A stretch of 64,000 nucleotides of DNA from an uncultured delta proteobacterium (GCA_963803435.1 CAWDML010000014.1:1-64000); one strand, 5' to 3'; counted from the first letter of the stretch, positions 17,454 through 28,039 are shown. Translations and numbers: made by a program. Notes: a model not told the origin generated them from the sequence alone.

Positions 17454-20066
17454 TCACCCGTCGGCGTGGAGGAGGGCCTCGACCTCCAAGAGTCGTGGGC
17501 TCTTGCGGCCGAGCGACGCCTCGAAGATCCGGGCGGCTTCCTCCCAGGCGAGCCTCGCCGCGCCGCGCTTGCCCCGGGCGCGGAGCAGGTTTCCTTGCAC
17601 CAGCAGGGCCTCCGCCACGTCGGGATGATCCTTCGGCAGGGACGCGCGCAACAGCGCCACCGCCCGGGAGGCCGCTCCCGGGTCGCCCTCGAGCGTGGCG
17701 CGGGCCATCGCCACGCGTCCCTTCCAGCTGTCGCCGGCGGCGATCGCGGCGGCGGCCTCCAGCTCGTGCTCGGCTTCGCGGCGGCGGCCGGCACCGGCCA
17801 GTGCGCGCACCAGGATCAGGCGCTTGGGGAGGAAGGTGGGGTGCCCGGGCGGCGCGCCCGCGGAGGCGCGCAGCGCGATCGCCCGCTCGATGCGCCGCCC
17901 GCACTCGATGAAGTCGCCGCGATCGCACGCCACCTCCGCCAGTACCGTCAGCGGCAGCGCCAGGATCGGGTGCAGGCGTCCGTAGGTGTCGTCGAGGATC
18001 GCCTGCGCGCGCGCCGCGTGATCCTCGGCCGAGCCCAGCTCACCCGAGGCGAGCAGGACCTCGGCCAGCCGGTCGTGCTCGAGGCCGGCCTCGAGCGACT
18101 GCGGCCCGAACGCGCGCTCCCACTCCGACAGCGCACCGCGGTGGCGCTCGACAGCCTCCGGATAGCGACCGAGGGCGGCCAGGATGAGCCCGACGGCGCT
18201 GTCGAGCTTGGCGGACAGCTCGGGGTGGCCCGACAGCCGAGCGATGGCGGCCCGCGCCGCTTCCTCCTGCGCGAGCGCCGCCTCCTCTCGATCGCCCACG
18301 GCGCCCACGAGAAGGACCAGATCGATCCAGGCCTCGGCGCTCACGCGATCGTGATGGCCCTGGGCGGCGTGCTCGATTGCCGACCGCAGGCTGGCCTGCG
18401 CCTCCTCGAAGCGCCCGACCTGCGCCTGACCGCGACCGACCGCGAGCTCCGCCTCGGCGAGCAGCGGTGTGTGCCCGAGCGTCTCGGCGCTCTTCAGGGC
18501 GCGCACGTTCTTCTCCATCGCCGCGGGCAGCCGGCCGGTAGCGGCGACGGCCCGCGCTTCGGCGAGGGACTCGCGCACGCCCTCGACGGCGGCCCGGATC
18601 CGGCGCGGCGGCTCGAGGGGAGTGAGGAGCGCCTCGACGTCGGCGCACGCGTCCAGCGGCGCGAGCGTGCGGGCCGACTCGACGGCACGGTCGACCGCAG
18701 AGCCGTCGGCGCGCGTGAGCTCGGCGATCAACGCCTTGGCCTCGGCGCGCGCTCGATCGAGGCAGAGCATGCGCTCGGTGAGCACCCGGTCCGATTGCTC
18801 GCCGCGGATGCGCGTGGCCTCGCACGTCTCGGTGAAGTCGGAGGCCCAGCGTGCGAGCCAGCGGTCGAGCGCTCGATTCACCGCGGCGGCGCTCTCCTGG
18901 GCCCACGGGCGCTCGGTCGCGAGAAACGCAGACTGCAAGCTGTCCTGCACGGCGGGGTTCCAGATCTCCGCCACCTTGGTGGCTCCGCCCTTGCAGAGGA
19001 GGGCCTCGCGGCGATGGACGTCGTAGACGCGCGCGGCGGGGATCGCCGCCAGGAGCGCGAAGAGCCCCAGGTAGGCGAAGCGCCGGTTCCTTCGATTGCG
19101 GGGCTCGACGGCGATCTGCTCGAGGAGCGCCTTCATCGACGGGAACCTTCGGGCAGGCTCGGATGCGAGCGCCCGATCGAGCGCACCGGTGAGCCACCGG
19201 GGGACGGCGATTGCTTGCGGCGGCGGACGGCGCGCTCCGTTGCGGACCGCCCGCGCCAGCTCGTCCGAGGTCGCCCACGCGAACGGGTGCACGCCGTACA
19301 GCGCCTCGTAGAGCGCGACGGCGAAGCCGAACTGGTCGGCGGCGCTCCCGACCCGACCGGCGTGCTGCTCGGGCGCCATGTACCGCGGCGTGCCGGTGAC
19401 CTCCACGCTCGCGTGCGCCTCGTGATCCATCTGGGCCAGCCCGAAGTCGGTGACCGAGACCCGCCCGTCGTCGCCGATCAGGACGTTGGCCGGCTTGAAG
19501 TCGCGATGGATGAGCCCGGCCGCGTGGGCCGCCTCCAGCCCGCGACCCGCCGCGAGGAAGATGCGGAGCACCTCGCGCCACGGCTTCGGCTCGGACCCCC
19601 ACTCGGCGAGGTTCGTCCCCTCGACGAACTCCATCGCGATCGAGAGCCGTTCGCCCTCCGCGTGCACGTCGTACACCTGCGTGACGTTGGGATGGGAGAG
19701 GCGCGCCATCGCCCGCGCCTCCCGGAGAAAGCGCTCGCGCCAGGCCGCGTCCGACGCGCGATCCGAGCGGAGCACCTTGAGCGCGACCTTGCGATCGAGC
19801 TCCGGGTCGAACGCCGCATAGACGACACCGAAGGCGCCGGCGCCGACGCGCCGAAGGACGACGTATCGACCGATGCGGGAACCCGGTCCCAGCGCGGGCA
19901 TCGGTTCGACGGCGTCGGAGTCGCTCGCGAACACGAGCGCCATCTCCTCGATCAGACCGCGGCACGCCGGACAGGACGACACGTGCTGCTCGGCGGCCTG
20001 GTGCGCGCTTTCGGGGAGACGCCGCTGCAGGTAGGCGACCAGGGCGTTCTCGTCGAGGCAGGCCAT
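17454..20066 (-). CDS. Membrane Ser/Thr protein kinase with N-terminal zf-HC2-like motif and C-terminal TPRs
   Basis: HVSSCPAC, GAGAFGVVY, VALKVL, HRDFKPANV, DFGLA and GTPRYMAPEQ, followed by a TM segment and TPR-like repeats. Confidence 0.92.
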   Translation of the reverse strand: MACLDENALVAYLQRRLPESAHQAAEQHVSSCPACRGLIEEMALVFASDSDAVEPMPALGPGSRIGRYVVLRRVGAGAFGVVYAAFDPELDRKVALKVLRSDRASDAAWRERFLREARAMARLSHPNVTQVYDVHAEGERLSIAMEFVEGTNLAEWGSEPKPWREVLRIFLAAGRGLEAAHAAGLIHRDFKPANVLIGDDGRVSVTDFGLAQMDHEAHASVEVTGTPRYMAPEQHAGRVGSAADQFGFAVALYEALYGVHPFAWATSDELARAVRNGARRPPPQAIAVPRWLTGALDRALASEPARRFPSMKALLEQIAVEPRNRRNRRFAYLGLFALLAAIPAARVYDVHRREALLCKGGATKVAEIWNPAVQDSLQSAFLATERPWAQESAAAVNRALDRWLARWASDFTETCEATRIRGEQSDRVLTERMLCLDRARAEAKALIAELTRADGSAVDRAVESARTLAPLDACADVEALLTPLEPPRRIRAAVEGVRESLAEARAVAATGRLPAAMEKNVRALKSAETLGHTPLLAEAELAVGRGQAQVGRFEEAQASLRSAIEHAAQGHHDRVSAEAWIDLVLLVGAVGDREEAALAQEEAARAAIARLSGHPELSAKLDSAVGLILAALGRYPEAVERHRGALSEWERAFGPQSLEAGLEHDRLAEVLLASGELGSAEDHAARAQAILDDTYGRLHPILALPLTVLAEVACDRGDFIECGRRIERAIALRASAGAPPGHPTFLPKRLILVRALAGAGRRREAEHELEAAAAIAAGDSWKGRVAMARATLEGDPGAASRAVALLRASLPKDHPDVAEALLVQGNLLRARGKRGAARLAWEEAARIFEASLGRKSPRLLEVEALLHADG

Positions 20067-20110
20067 CCGCGCGGTTGAAGTTAGGCGACCCTGGTGCCAC
20101 AAGACAACGA

Positions 20111-20863
20111 ATGGGCTCGCCCCTGTACGCGACCGGGAAGGAAGCATGGCCCGACGTCGAGCTCGCCGCCGAGGCATTCGAGGCGCACGTCGCGCGCCTG
20201 GCCGCCCCGCCCGCGGACGACTTCGCCGCGGATCTCTTCCTCGCCTGCGCCTGCGCCCAGGGCTCGAAGCCCGCGATCGATCACTTCGAGCGCCGTTACC
20301 TCCCGGAGCTCGACCGCGGCTTCGCGAAGATCGACGCCACCCGCGAGGAGCGCGCCGAGGCCCGACAGCAGCTGCTCGAGCGCCTGTTCGTGAAGAAGAA
20401 GATCGCGGACTACGCCGCCACCGGCCCCCTCGCGCTCTGGCTCCGCGTCTGTGCCCTCAGGACCCTGCAGAACGTGGTCACCCGCAAGCCCAGGGAGACC
20501 TCGATCGAGAGCGAGCTCCTCGACGCACTGCCCACGGAGACCGTCGACCCCGAGCTCGCCCACCTTCAGTCGCTGTACCGCACCGCGTTCCGTGAGGCGT
20601 TCGCCGCCGGTCTGGCCTCGCTCTCGACCGACGATCGCGCCCTGCTCCACCAGCGCTTCATCGGCGGCCTGACGCAGGGTCAGCTTGCCGACGCCTACGA
20701 CGTCCACGTGAACACGATCGCGCGCTGGCTCGAGCGCGCGCGAACCAACATCGAGCAGGCGATCTATCGGAACCTCGAGGACACGCTCAAGGTGAAGGGC
20801 GACGAGCTGAAGAGCATCCTTCGTCTGGTGCGGAGCCAGCTCGACATCTCGTGGAGCGGCTGA
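20111..20863 (+). CDS. ECF-type sigma-70 factor, myxococcal family (TIGR03001-like)
   Basis: AWPDVEL..EAF, DLFLACACAQG, KIADYAATGPLALWLRV and a region-4 HTH (LADAYDVHVNTIARWLERAR); adjacent to the kinase. Confidence 0.85.
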   Translation: MGSPLYATGKEAWPDVELAAEAFEAHVARLAAPPADDFAADLFLACACAQGSKPAIDHFERRYLPELDRGFAKIDATREERAEARQQLLERLFVKKKIADYAATGPLALWLRVCALRTLQNVVTRKPRETSIESELLDALPTETVDPELAHLQSLYRTAFREAFAAGLASLSTDDRALLHQRFIGGLTQGQLADAYDVHVNTIARWLERARTNIEQAIYRNLEDTLKVKGDELKSILRLVRSQLDISWSG

Positions 20864-20932
20864 CCACCCCGCCCGCCATGACGCCAACGATGCGCGTCGA
20901 CGCGTCGACCTCGGTCGCTGCTCCTACCGGGC

Positions 20933-21727
20933 TCAGGAGCTCGGCGGGTTAGGCCAAGGATTCCTCGGCCTCTTGAGGGCTCGGTCTGGCGGTCGGACCA
21001 CCAGGCAGTCCAACCATCCGGCGATGGTGCCGTCCTCGTGGAAGCGGAAGTTGTCGCGCTCTGGATCCACCCAGACACGCCAGCCGTCCGGATAGAGCAC
21101 GCTGCCGCCGTCGAGGATCGCGCCGTGGCTCCGGCGTGCGAGGATGCGACGTGCCCGAGCGATCACGCCGCAGACTGCATCGCTCGCGCGTTCGAGCTTC
21201 TCGATCTCCAGCAGCTCGACCTGCATGAGCGCGTCCACGAACGGCGTCCGGAGCAGGCCCTCTCCCTCGTGCCGCACCGGGACCACCAGCTCTCCGAGCT
21301 CGCTTCGGAGCCGCTTGGTGCCGAGCTCGATCTCTCGCGCGACGCGCTCCACGTCCTTGGGCTCGAGCTCGAAGCAGTCCGGCGGCCGCCCGATCACCGA
21401 CTTGATCTGCTTGAACACCCAGCCGTCGAGCCGCCAGGCCTCCGAGAAGCTGCCCTCTCCGAGGCGCTGCCCCTTCATCGCCAGCGCCCGCAGCTCCCGC
21501 GGGGACATGTGCCACTGTTCGACCCGATGGCGGATGAGTCCGGCCGCGCCGATCGACGCGCTCGTGCGCACGTCACCGCGGCCCACGACCGCCCTCCAGT
21601 CGCCCTCGCTCGACGGCCGTTCGATCGCGGTCTCACCGGGGAACGGCCTCCGAGGTACCTCCGGCACCTCGAGGGCGGCGCGCCCGAGCGTGCGGGCAGG
21701 CGGGACGAGGAGTGAGCGGTCCGACAC
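20933..21727 (-). CDS. Hypothetical protein with a compact protein-kinase-like domain
   Basis: LGEGSFSEAW (Gly loop), VFKQ (Lys), DPERDN (DxxxxN) and WLD. Confidence 0.5.
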   Translation of the reverse strand: MSDRSLLVPPARTLGRAALEVPEVPRRPFPGETAIERPSSEGDWRAVVGRGDVRTSASIGAAGLIRHRVEQWHMSPRELRALAMKGQRLGEGSFSEAWRLDGWVFKQIKSVIGRPPDCFELEPKDVERVAREIELGTKRLRSELGELVVPVRHEGEGLLRTPFVDALMQVELLEIEKLERASDAVCGVIARARRILARRSHGAILDGGSVLYPDGWRVWVDPERDNFRFHEDGTIAGWLDCLVVRPPDRALKRPRNPWPNPPSS

Positions 21728-21876
21728 GCGCGATCGGAGCGTAGCGCACGATCACCGCGGCTCGCGAGCGGGCGCCCTCCGGGGTGGGCGCCGCCTCCCA
21801 AACCAAGAGGACAGGGAGAGTCTCCGGCCGGGCTCCGGAGCGACCGCCCCCTCCCGGAGGCTTCCCCGCTCGAAGG

Positions 21877-22389
21877 TCATCCGCCGCCCGAGAGGTAGCG
21901 ACATCGCCCAGCCAGAATGGTGCACGGGTTCGGGGTCTCTTCGGCCGGTCGTCCGCCGAAGGGATCATCGCAAGAGAACTTGCGCGTCCAGCGATGGGTG
22001 CGCTCGGCGTCGTACTCGAAGCAGGCCGTCAACTCACCGACGTTGGCCGTGCAGGCGTCGGCGTTTCGGTAGAAGTCGATGCATCCCGAGGGCGGTGTCA
22101 GACCGTCGAGGAGCTCGTCGGCTGAAAAGCGTTGGCACTCGTCGTAGATCTCCTGGCAGCTTCCACCGCCGCCTCTGATGATCGAACCCATGAGCTCGAA
22201 GTTGGTATAGAGGGCGCAGAGCTCCGCGTCGCTGAAGGTCTGTCCGGAGAAGGTCCGGTTGGCCTGGCAAAACGCGTCCGCCTCTTCATCGGTGAGGGCC
22301 ACCACCGGGCGTTCCCGATCCAGGCCGTGATCGATCCCGCTCGAGCAGGAGGCGACGACAAGACCGGCGAGCGCAACAAACCGCGGCAC
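21877..22389 (-). CDS. Cys-rich lipoprotein
   Basis: Lipobox VVASC after a hydrophobic stretch and many spaced Cys residues. Confidence 0.65.
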   Translation of the reverse strand: MPRFVALAGLVVASCSSGIDHGLDRERPVVALTDEEADAFCQANRTFSGQTFSDAELCALYTNFELMGSIIRGGGGSCQEIYDECQRFSADELLDGLTPPSGCIDFYRNADACTANVGELTACFEYDAERTHRWTRKFSCDDPFGGRPAEETPNPCTILAGRCRYLSGGG

Positions 22390-22450
22390 GGTACCGGCTG
22401 TACCATGGTTATGCGTTTGGCCGCGTGGGTTCAGGAAGGGCGGCGTCAAG

Positions 22451-22651
22451 GTGCCGAACGACGAGCGCAAGAACCCAGACCTCAAGGGCGACGATCGAGA
22501 CGACGCGATCGAGGACGGGATGGATCAGGCGATCAAGACCAAGCGGGACTACGACATCCGCCAGCAGCGCCAGCGGGAGAAGGGCTTCTGGGACAAGCTG
22601 AGGGACTGGTTCAGCCCCGCGCCGATCGAAGACCGTGATCTGATGGCCTGA
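22451..22651 (+). CDS. Small hypothetical protein
   Basis: 66 aa with host-like codon usage and KGFWDKLRDWF. Confidence 0.55.
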   Translation: MPNDERKNPDLKGDDRDDAIEDGMDQAIKTKRDYDIRQQRQREKGFWDKLRDWFSPAPIEDRDLMA

Positions 22652-22718
22652 CACCCAGGCCCTCCGATTCCCCTTCGGAAGGCCAAGCAAAGGAGGGAGC
22701 GGCTGACCGGCCGGCGCC

Positions 22719-23105
22719 TCAGACCCGTTCGCCGCGGAAGCGCTCGAGCGCGCGCTGGTCCCTCCGATCCATCAGCCGGCGATAGCGCCAGAAGAGAAAC
22801 GCCGGGAGCGGCGCAGCGAGCGCGATCGACGAGAGCTCCGCGAAGTGACGGCGTCCGTCGGGCGAGACGACGCCGAGCTCCGGGATCCGATCGAAGGTGT
22901 CGGCGAGCTCGGGGACCAGCGCCTTCGCGATGAGAACGCCCGCGGGGATCAGCAGCAGAGCGATGGGAAAGCTCAGGATCGCGTGGAGATAGCGGACGTT
23001 GGTCCGGAGCGAGGTCGTCCGCGCCACGTAGAGCGAGCACGACAGCCAGATGATGGCGAGGGCGAGCGCCAGAAGGATGGGCCCGCCTGCGGAGATTCCA
23101 TTCAT
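22719..23105 (-). CDS. Hypothetical membrane protein (3 TM)
   Basis: 128-aa hydrophobic ORF with a GGAGG SD upstream. Confidence 0.65.
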   Translation of the reverse strand: MNGISAGGPILLALALAIIWLSCSLYVARTTSLRTNVRYLHAILSFPIALLLIPAGVLIAKALVPELADTFDRIPELGVVSPDGRRHFAELSSIALAAPLPAFLFWRYRRLMDRRDQRALERFRGERV

Positions 23106-23183
23106 TCCGCCGGTGCGTCTACCTCCCTCCCTTCCCTACCGCAAAATTTCGGCCGACGGCCCGCGTGCTACCCTCGGGCGGGG

Positions 23184-26100
23184 GTGACGGCGAAGCCGGT
23201 ACAGCTGGGGCCATTCCGGCTCCTGTCCCTGATCGGCCGCGGCGGCATGGCGGAGGTCTGGCGGGCCGAGCACGCGACGCGGAAGGTCCCGGTGGCGGTC
23301 AAGGTGGTGACCGCCTCGCACGCGCGTGAACCCCGCTACCGGGCTGCCTTTCGCAACGAGGTCCAGGCGGTCGCGCGGCTGCATCACCCCGGCATCGTGC
23401 TGGTGCTCGATCACGGCGTGGTGACCCCCGAGGCCGAGGCGCTCTCGGAGGGCGCCGTGGCCGCCGGCAGCCCCTACTTCGCGATGGAGCTGGCCAGCTG
23501 GGGCGCGCTCGATCGCGTGCGGACGCCGCTCGCGTTCGCGGACCTCCACCGGATCCTGGGCGCGCTGCTCGACGCACTCGCACACGCGCACGCCCGCGGG
23601 GTCATCCATCGCGACCTCAAGCCCAGCAACGTTCTCCTGGCCGCGCCCACCGACGCCCGGCCCGGCCTCAAGCTGACCGACTTCGGGATCGCCCACGCGC
23701 TCGAGGCCGATCAGGTCGGCGCCGACAGCGCCAGCAGCGGTACGCCTCACTTCATGGCGCCGGAGCAGTTCATGGGGGAGTGGCGGGACTACGGGCCCTG
23801 GACGGACCTGTACGCCGTCGGCTGCCTCGCACACGTCCTCGCCTCCGGCAAGCTGCCTTTCATGGGAGAGACCGCGGTCCAGCTCGCCTACTCGCATCTC
23901 AACCTGCAACCTCCCGAGCTCGAGCTGGATCCATCGGTGCCCGACGCGTTCACCGGCTGGGTGCGCCGGCTCATGCAGAAGACCCCGGCCGATCGCTTCC
24001 AGCGTGCCGCCGACGCGGCCTGGGCGCTGACGCAGATGGCGAAGCGACCGCACCCGCCGCCCGTGACGAGAGGATGGGAGCCCGAAGACGAGCCCGACGA
24101 TCCGTTCGTCCAGGCGGGCAGCGGCGGCAGCGTCCACATCGTGCGCTTCGAAGAGCTCCCGCTCGAGCCCGCGCCCGGTCGCCCCACCGAGATGCACGCG
24201 CTCGCGCACGAGGCGCCCACGCTGATCGCGCTCGAGCGGACCGAAGAGACGCCCGTGGTCCTCACCCCCGATCAGCTCCACACCGAAGCGGTCGACACAG
24301 GAGATCTGGCGACGCTGGTCCACTCGACGCGCATCGGCGCGACGCTCCCCTGGTTCTCCGAGGATCCCGGGAACCTCCCCCGGCCCGAAGGTCCGCCCCG
24401 GCGCTCGATCAGCAAGGTCCCGTCACCCCGCCCTCTCCCGCCGCTCCCCGACCGCTGGCGCCGCCCGGACGACGCCGAGCCGCCGATGCAGCTGGTCGGA
24501 GCCGGCCTCGGCCTGTACGGCCTTCGCTCGATCCCGATGGTCGATCGCGACGAAGCGCGCGACGAGATCTGGCGCGCGCTCCGCGACGTACGCGAGACGA
24601 AGAGCCCACGCGCGATCCTGATCGGGGGTGCAGCCGGTGTCGGAAAGAGCCGGCTCGTCGAGTGGATGACCGAGCGCGCCGACGAGGTCGGCGGCGCGAT
24701 CGTGCTCAAGGCCATCCACAGCCCGATCCCAGGCCTGAGCGATGGCCTCGCCCGCATGGTGGCGCGCCACCTGCGGGTCGTCGACCTCACGCGCGCCCAG
24801 GCGCTGGCACGGATCGAGTCGCTGCTCACGGCGGCGGGGATCGAGGACGACTACGAGGGCCAGGCCCTGGCGGAGCTCATCCAGCCCGCGGTCGGCGCGG
24901 AGCGGACCGTGCAGTTCGGCAGCGCCACCGAGCGCCACGTGCTGGTGACGCGATTGATCGAACGGGTCGCTCGCGAGCGGCCGGTGATCGTCTGGCTCGA
25001 CGACGTCCAGTGGTCGAGCGACTCGATCGCGTTCGCGCGGCGACTGCTCCGCACCTCGAGCGCACCGATCCTGCTCCTGCTGACGCTGCGCGACGAGGCG
25101 GTCGAGGATCGACCGCTCGAGCGCCACGCCCTCGAGGATCTGCTCGGCGAGGTCGGGGCACGCGCGCTGCATCTGCCGGCCCTCACCTGGGCCGATCAGA
25201 AGCGGCTCGTGAATGAGCTGCTGGTCCTCGATGACGCGCTGGCCAGCGAGGTCGCCGACCGCACCGACGGCAATCCGCTCTTCGCGGTGCAGCTGGTCGG
25301 CGACTGGGTTCAGCGCGGCGTGCTGGAGGCGACCGAGAGCGGCTTCGTGCTCCCGCGCTCGGAGCGCGCCGAGCTCCCGGACGACATCCACCAGGTCTGG
25401 CGCCGGCGGATCCAGCGCCTGCTGGCGACGCGGCCCGAGAGCGTAGAGATCGCGCTGGAGCTGGCCGCGATCCTGGGCGTCGACACGGACGACGTGGAGT
25501 GGACCTTCACCTGCGACGAGGCCGCCATCGAACGGCCTCGCGACCTCCTCGAGGTCTTGATCGCGAACCGCCTGGCGATCCCGACCGACGGCGGCTGGAC
25601 CTTCGCCCACGGCATGCTGCGCGAGAGCCTGGTCCGCTCCGCCCGGGAGAAGGGCCGCTACCAGGAGCACCAGCGGACGTGCGCGCGCATGCTGCAGCGG
25701 CGCTACGGGCTGGACATCCGCGGGATTCCCGACCGGCTCGGCAACCACCTGGTGGAGGCCGGCGATCTCGAGGACGCGCTCGAGCCGCTCCTCTTGGGTG
25801 CGCTGGAGCGCCTGGAGACGAGCCAGTACCAGGAGGCTCAGGCGGTGGTCGAGCGGCGCCAGCAAGTTCTCTTGCGCTTGGGCGCGGGGGAGCAGGACGA
25901 GCGCTGCGGCGAGAACTGGGTGCTGCTCGCCCGCGTCGCCACCATGCAGGGCCGCTTCGAGGAGGCCCTGACCTGGGCCGAGAAGGCGGAGCGCCAGGCG
26001 CGCCGGTGGGGCTGGCGCTCGGTGCTCCCCGAAGCGCTGGAGGTCATGGGCACGATCGCGCACGAGCGCGGCGATCAGAGCTCGGCCACGGACGCCTTCC

Positions 26101-26915
26101 TCAAGGCCCGCGAGCTCTACGAGTGGAACGAGGACATGATGGGCGTCGCCGACTGCCTGTTCGGCTTGGGCGAGTCCGTCTACAAGCTCGGCCATCACGA
26201 CGAGTCGGAGAGCTATCACCTGGCCGGCCTCGCGCTGGCCGAGGCCGACGGCAACGTCCGGAGCATGGCCAAGCACCTGCTCGGGCTCGGGTTCGTCCAG
26301 CTCTGGCGCGGAGACCTCGAGGGCGCGGTGGCGTCGTTCCGCCGCCAGCTCGGGCTGCTCGAAGGGATCGGAAACCGCTTCCGCATCGCGCAGTGCATGA
26401 GCGCGCTCGGTGAGGTCGCACGGCAGTCCGGGGATCTGGCGCTGGCGGAGCGACACTATCGGCGAGCGCTCACGATCGACGAGGCGATCGGATCGAACCG
26501 TGAGTGGATCGATCGCCTCAACGTCGCGCTGGTCTTGCTGGCGCGCGGCGAGTATCGCGAGGCTCGGGAGATGATCGAGGAAGTGCGCCATCGGCTCGGT
26601 GACGGAGCTGAGCCCGCGCAGCGTGTCCTGGTACACACCGAGCTCCTTCCGTGTCTGGCGGAGAACGGGGAGTGGCATGCGTGGGATCGACACTTCGACG
26701 AGGCCACCGGCCTGCTCCGCGAGACACGCTTGAAGGACGGCGACGTCGCCTGGTTGCTGGTCCTCGCAGGACAGCGGGCGATGGCGGCCAATGACCCGGT
26801 GCGCGCCCGCCACTGCTACGAGCTCGGCATACAGCAGTGGCGCGCGCTCGGCCGCCCCGACCGCGCCGACGAGGTCGAGTCGGCGATCGGTCGGTTGCGC
26901 TCGGGCAGCGTCTGA
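23184..26915 (+). CDS. Ser/Thr kinase - AAA ATPase - TPR protein
   Basis: GRGGMAEVW, HRDLKPSNV, DFGIA and GTPHFMAPEQ; Walker A GAAGVGKS, Walker B VWLDDVQW and GNPLFA; TPR C-terminus. Confidence 0.92.
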   Translation: MTAKPVQLGPFRLLSLIGRGGMAEVWRAEHATRKVPVAVKVVTASHAREPRYRAAFRNEVQAVARLHHPGIVLVLDHGVVTPEAEALSEGAVAAGSPYFAMELASWGALDRVRTPLAFADLHRILGALLDALAHAHARGVIHRDLKPSNVLLAAPTDARPGLKLTDFGIAHALEADQVGADSASSGTPHFMAPEQFMGEWRDYGPWTDLYAVGCLAHVLASGKLPFMGETAVQLAYSHLNLQPPELELDPSVPDAFTGWVRRLMQKTPADRFQRAADAAWALTQMAKRPHPPPVTRGWEPEDEPDDPFVQAGSGGSVHIVRFEELPLEPAPGRPTEMHALAHEAPTLIALERTEETPVVLTPDQLHTEAVDTGDLATLVHSTRIGATLPWFSEDPGNLPRPEGPPRRSISKVPSPRPLPPLPDRWRRPDDAEPPMQLVGAGLGLYGLRSIPMVDRDEARDEIWRALRDVRETKSPRAILIGGAAGVGKSRLVEWMTERADEVGGAIVLKAIHSPIPGLSDGLARMVARHLRVVDLTRAQALARIESLLTAAGIEDDYEGQALAELIQPAVGAERTVQFGSATERHVLVTRLIERVARERPVIVWLDDVQWSSDSIAFARRLLRTSSAPILLLLTLRDEAVEDRPLERHALEDLLGEVGARALHLPALTWADQKRLVNELLVLDDALASEVADRTDGNPLFAVQLVGDWVQRGVLEATESGFVLPRSERAELPDDIHQVWRRRIQRLLATRPESVEIALELAAILGVDTDDVEWTFTCDEAAIERPRDLLEVLIANRLAIPTDGGWTFAHGMLRESLVRSAREKGRYQEHQRTCARMLQRRYGLDIRGIPDRLGNHLVEAGDLEDALEPLLLGALERLETSQYQEAQAVVERRQQVLLRLGAGEQDERCGENWVLLARVATMQGRFEEALTWAEKAERQARRWGWRSVLPEALEVMGTIAHERGDQSSATDAFLKARELYEWNEDMMGVADCLFGLGESVYKLGHHDESESYHLAGLALAEADGNVRSMAKHLLGLGFVQLWRGDLEGAVASFRRQLGLLEGIGNRFRIAQCMSALGEVARQSGDLALAERHYRRALTIDEAIGSNREWIDRLNVALVLLARGEYREAREMIEEVRHRLGDGAEPAQRVLVHTELLPCLAENGEWHAWDRHFDEATGLLRETRLKDGDVAWLLVLAGQRAMAANDPVRARHCYELGIQQWRALGRPDRADEVESAIGRLRSGSV

Positions 26916-26982
26916 CTCGGGAAAGATCGGATCTAGGCGTACATTGACGAGCGATCCGGAAGCCGCGATCGTGCCCTCGCCG

Positions 26983-27945
26983 GTGGTCAAGTTCTCCATT
27001 ACCCACGTTCTGCTGATCGACGATCGAACCGAAGGGCAGCAACGGATCGCCGAGCTGTTGCGTTCGGCCGACGGGATGGCGATCGACGCGCTCTTCGCCG
27101 GATCGCTGGGCGAGGCCGCGGATCGGGTGCGGCACCGCCGCGTCGACGTGGTCCTGCTCGACTCGACCCTTCCGGAGGGATCGGGACAGGCGCTCATCGT
27201 GCAAGCCTGCTTGCAGCTGCGGGACCTTCCGATCGTGGTGCTGAGCGACGACGAGGACGAGGACGACGCGTCGCGGGCGCTGGCCGCCGGCGCGCAGGAT
27301 TACCTGCCGATGCGCGCCGCCACGCCGGCCCTCCTCTCCCGGGCCCTCCGTTACGCGATCGAGCGGCACGCGATGCTGCGCCACCTGGAGCGCCTCTCGC
27401 TCACCGATGAGCTGACGGGCCTCTACAACCGGCGTGGTCTCTTCATGCTCGGCCAGCAGCAGCTCGAGTCGGCACGGCGGGCCGGGCTCCCGCTCCTGCT
27501 GATCTACGCCGACGTCGACGGTCTCAAGCACGTCAACGACACCCGCGGGCACGCGGCCGGCGACCGGTTGCTGAGTGACACGGCCAAGATCCTCAACGCC
27601 ACGTTTCGCGCCGCGGACATCATGGCGCGCATCGGAGGCGACGAGTTCGCGATCCTGGCCCAGCTGCGGGAGAAGGACGCGCACCGGCCGGAGGAGCGTC
27701 TGCTCGAGCGAATCCTCGCCCACAACGAGGCGAATCCGAGCCTGGCGCCGATCCGGCTCAGCCTGGGGACCGAGGTCGTGGAGCCGCAGCTGCGCCGGCC
27801 CCTGGGCGAGCTCCTCTCCCTGGCCGACCAGCGGATGTACGCGCGGCGAGAGGCGCGGCGTCGGCGTCGGGACGACCCCTATGATGTTTCAGGGGGGCCG
27901 GACTCTGCTCCCATACTGGATGGGCTGATCGGCCGGGCCCTCTAG
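26983..27945 (+). CDS. Response-regulator diguanylate cyclase (REC-GGDEF)
   Basis: Receiver motifs VLLIDD, VVLLDSTLP and GAQDYL; DELTGLYNRRG, NDTRGHAAGD, I-site RAAD and GGDEF. Confidence 0.92.
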   Translation: MVKFSITHVLLIDDRTEGQQRIAELLRSADGMAIDALFAGSLGEAADRVRHRRVDVVLLDSTLPEGSGQALIVQACLQLRDLPIVVLSDDEDEDDASRALAAGAQDYLPMRAATPALLSRALRYAIERHAMLRHLERLSLTDELTGLYNRRGLFMLGQQQLESARRAGLPLLLIYADVDGLKHVNDTRGHAAGDRLLSDTAKILNATFRAADIMARIGGDEFAILAQLREKDAHRPEERLLERILAHNEANPSLAPIRLSLGTEVVEPQLRRPLGELLSLADQRMYARREARRRRRDDPYDVSGGPDSAPILDGLIGRAL

Positions 27946-28039
27946 GAGACCTACACCGTCGCTGATGCGGATTGACCCTCCTGAAATATACGCGTAGCTC
28001 CGGGGGACGCTTACACACCTGCGACTCTGGAGGGACCTA

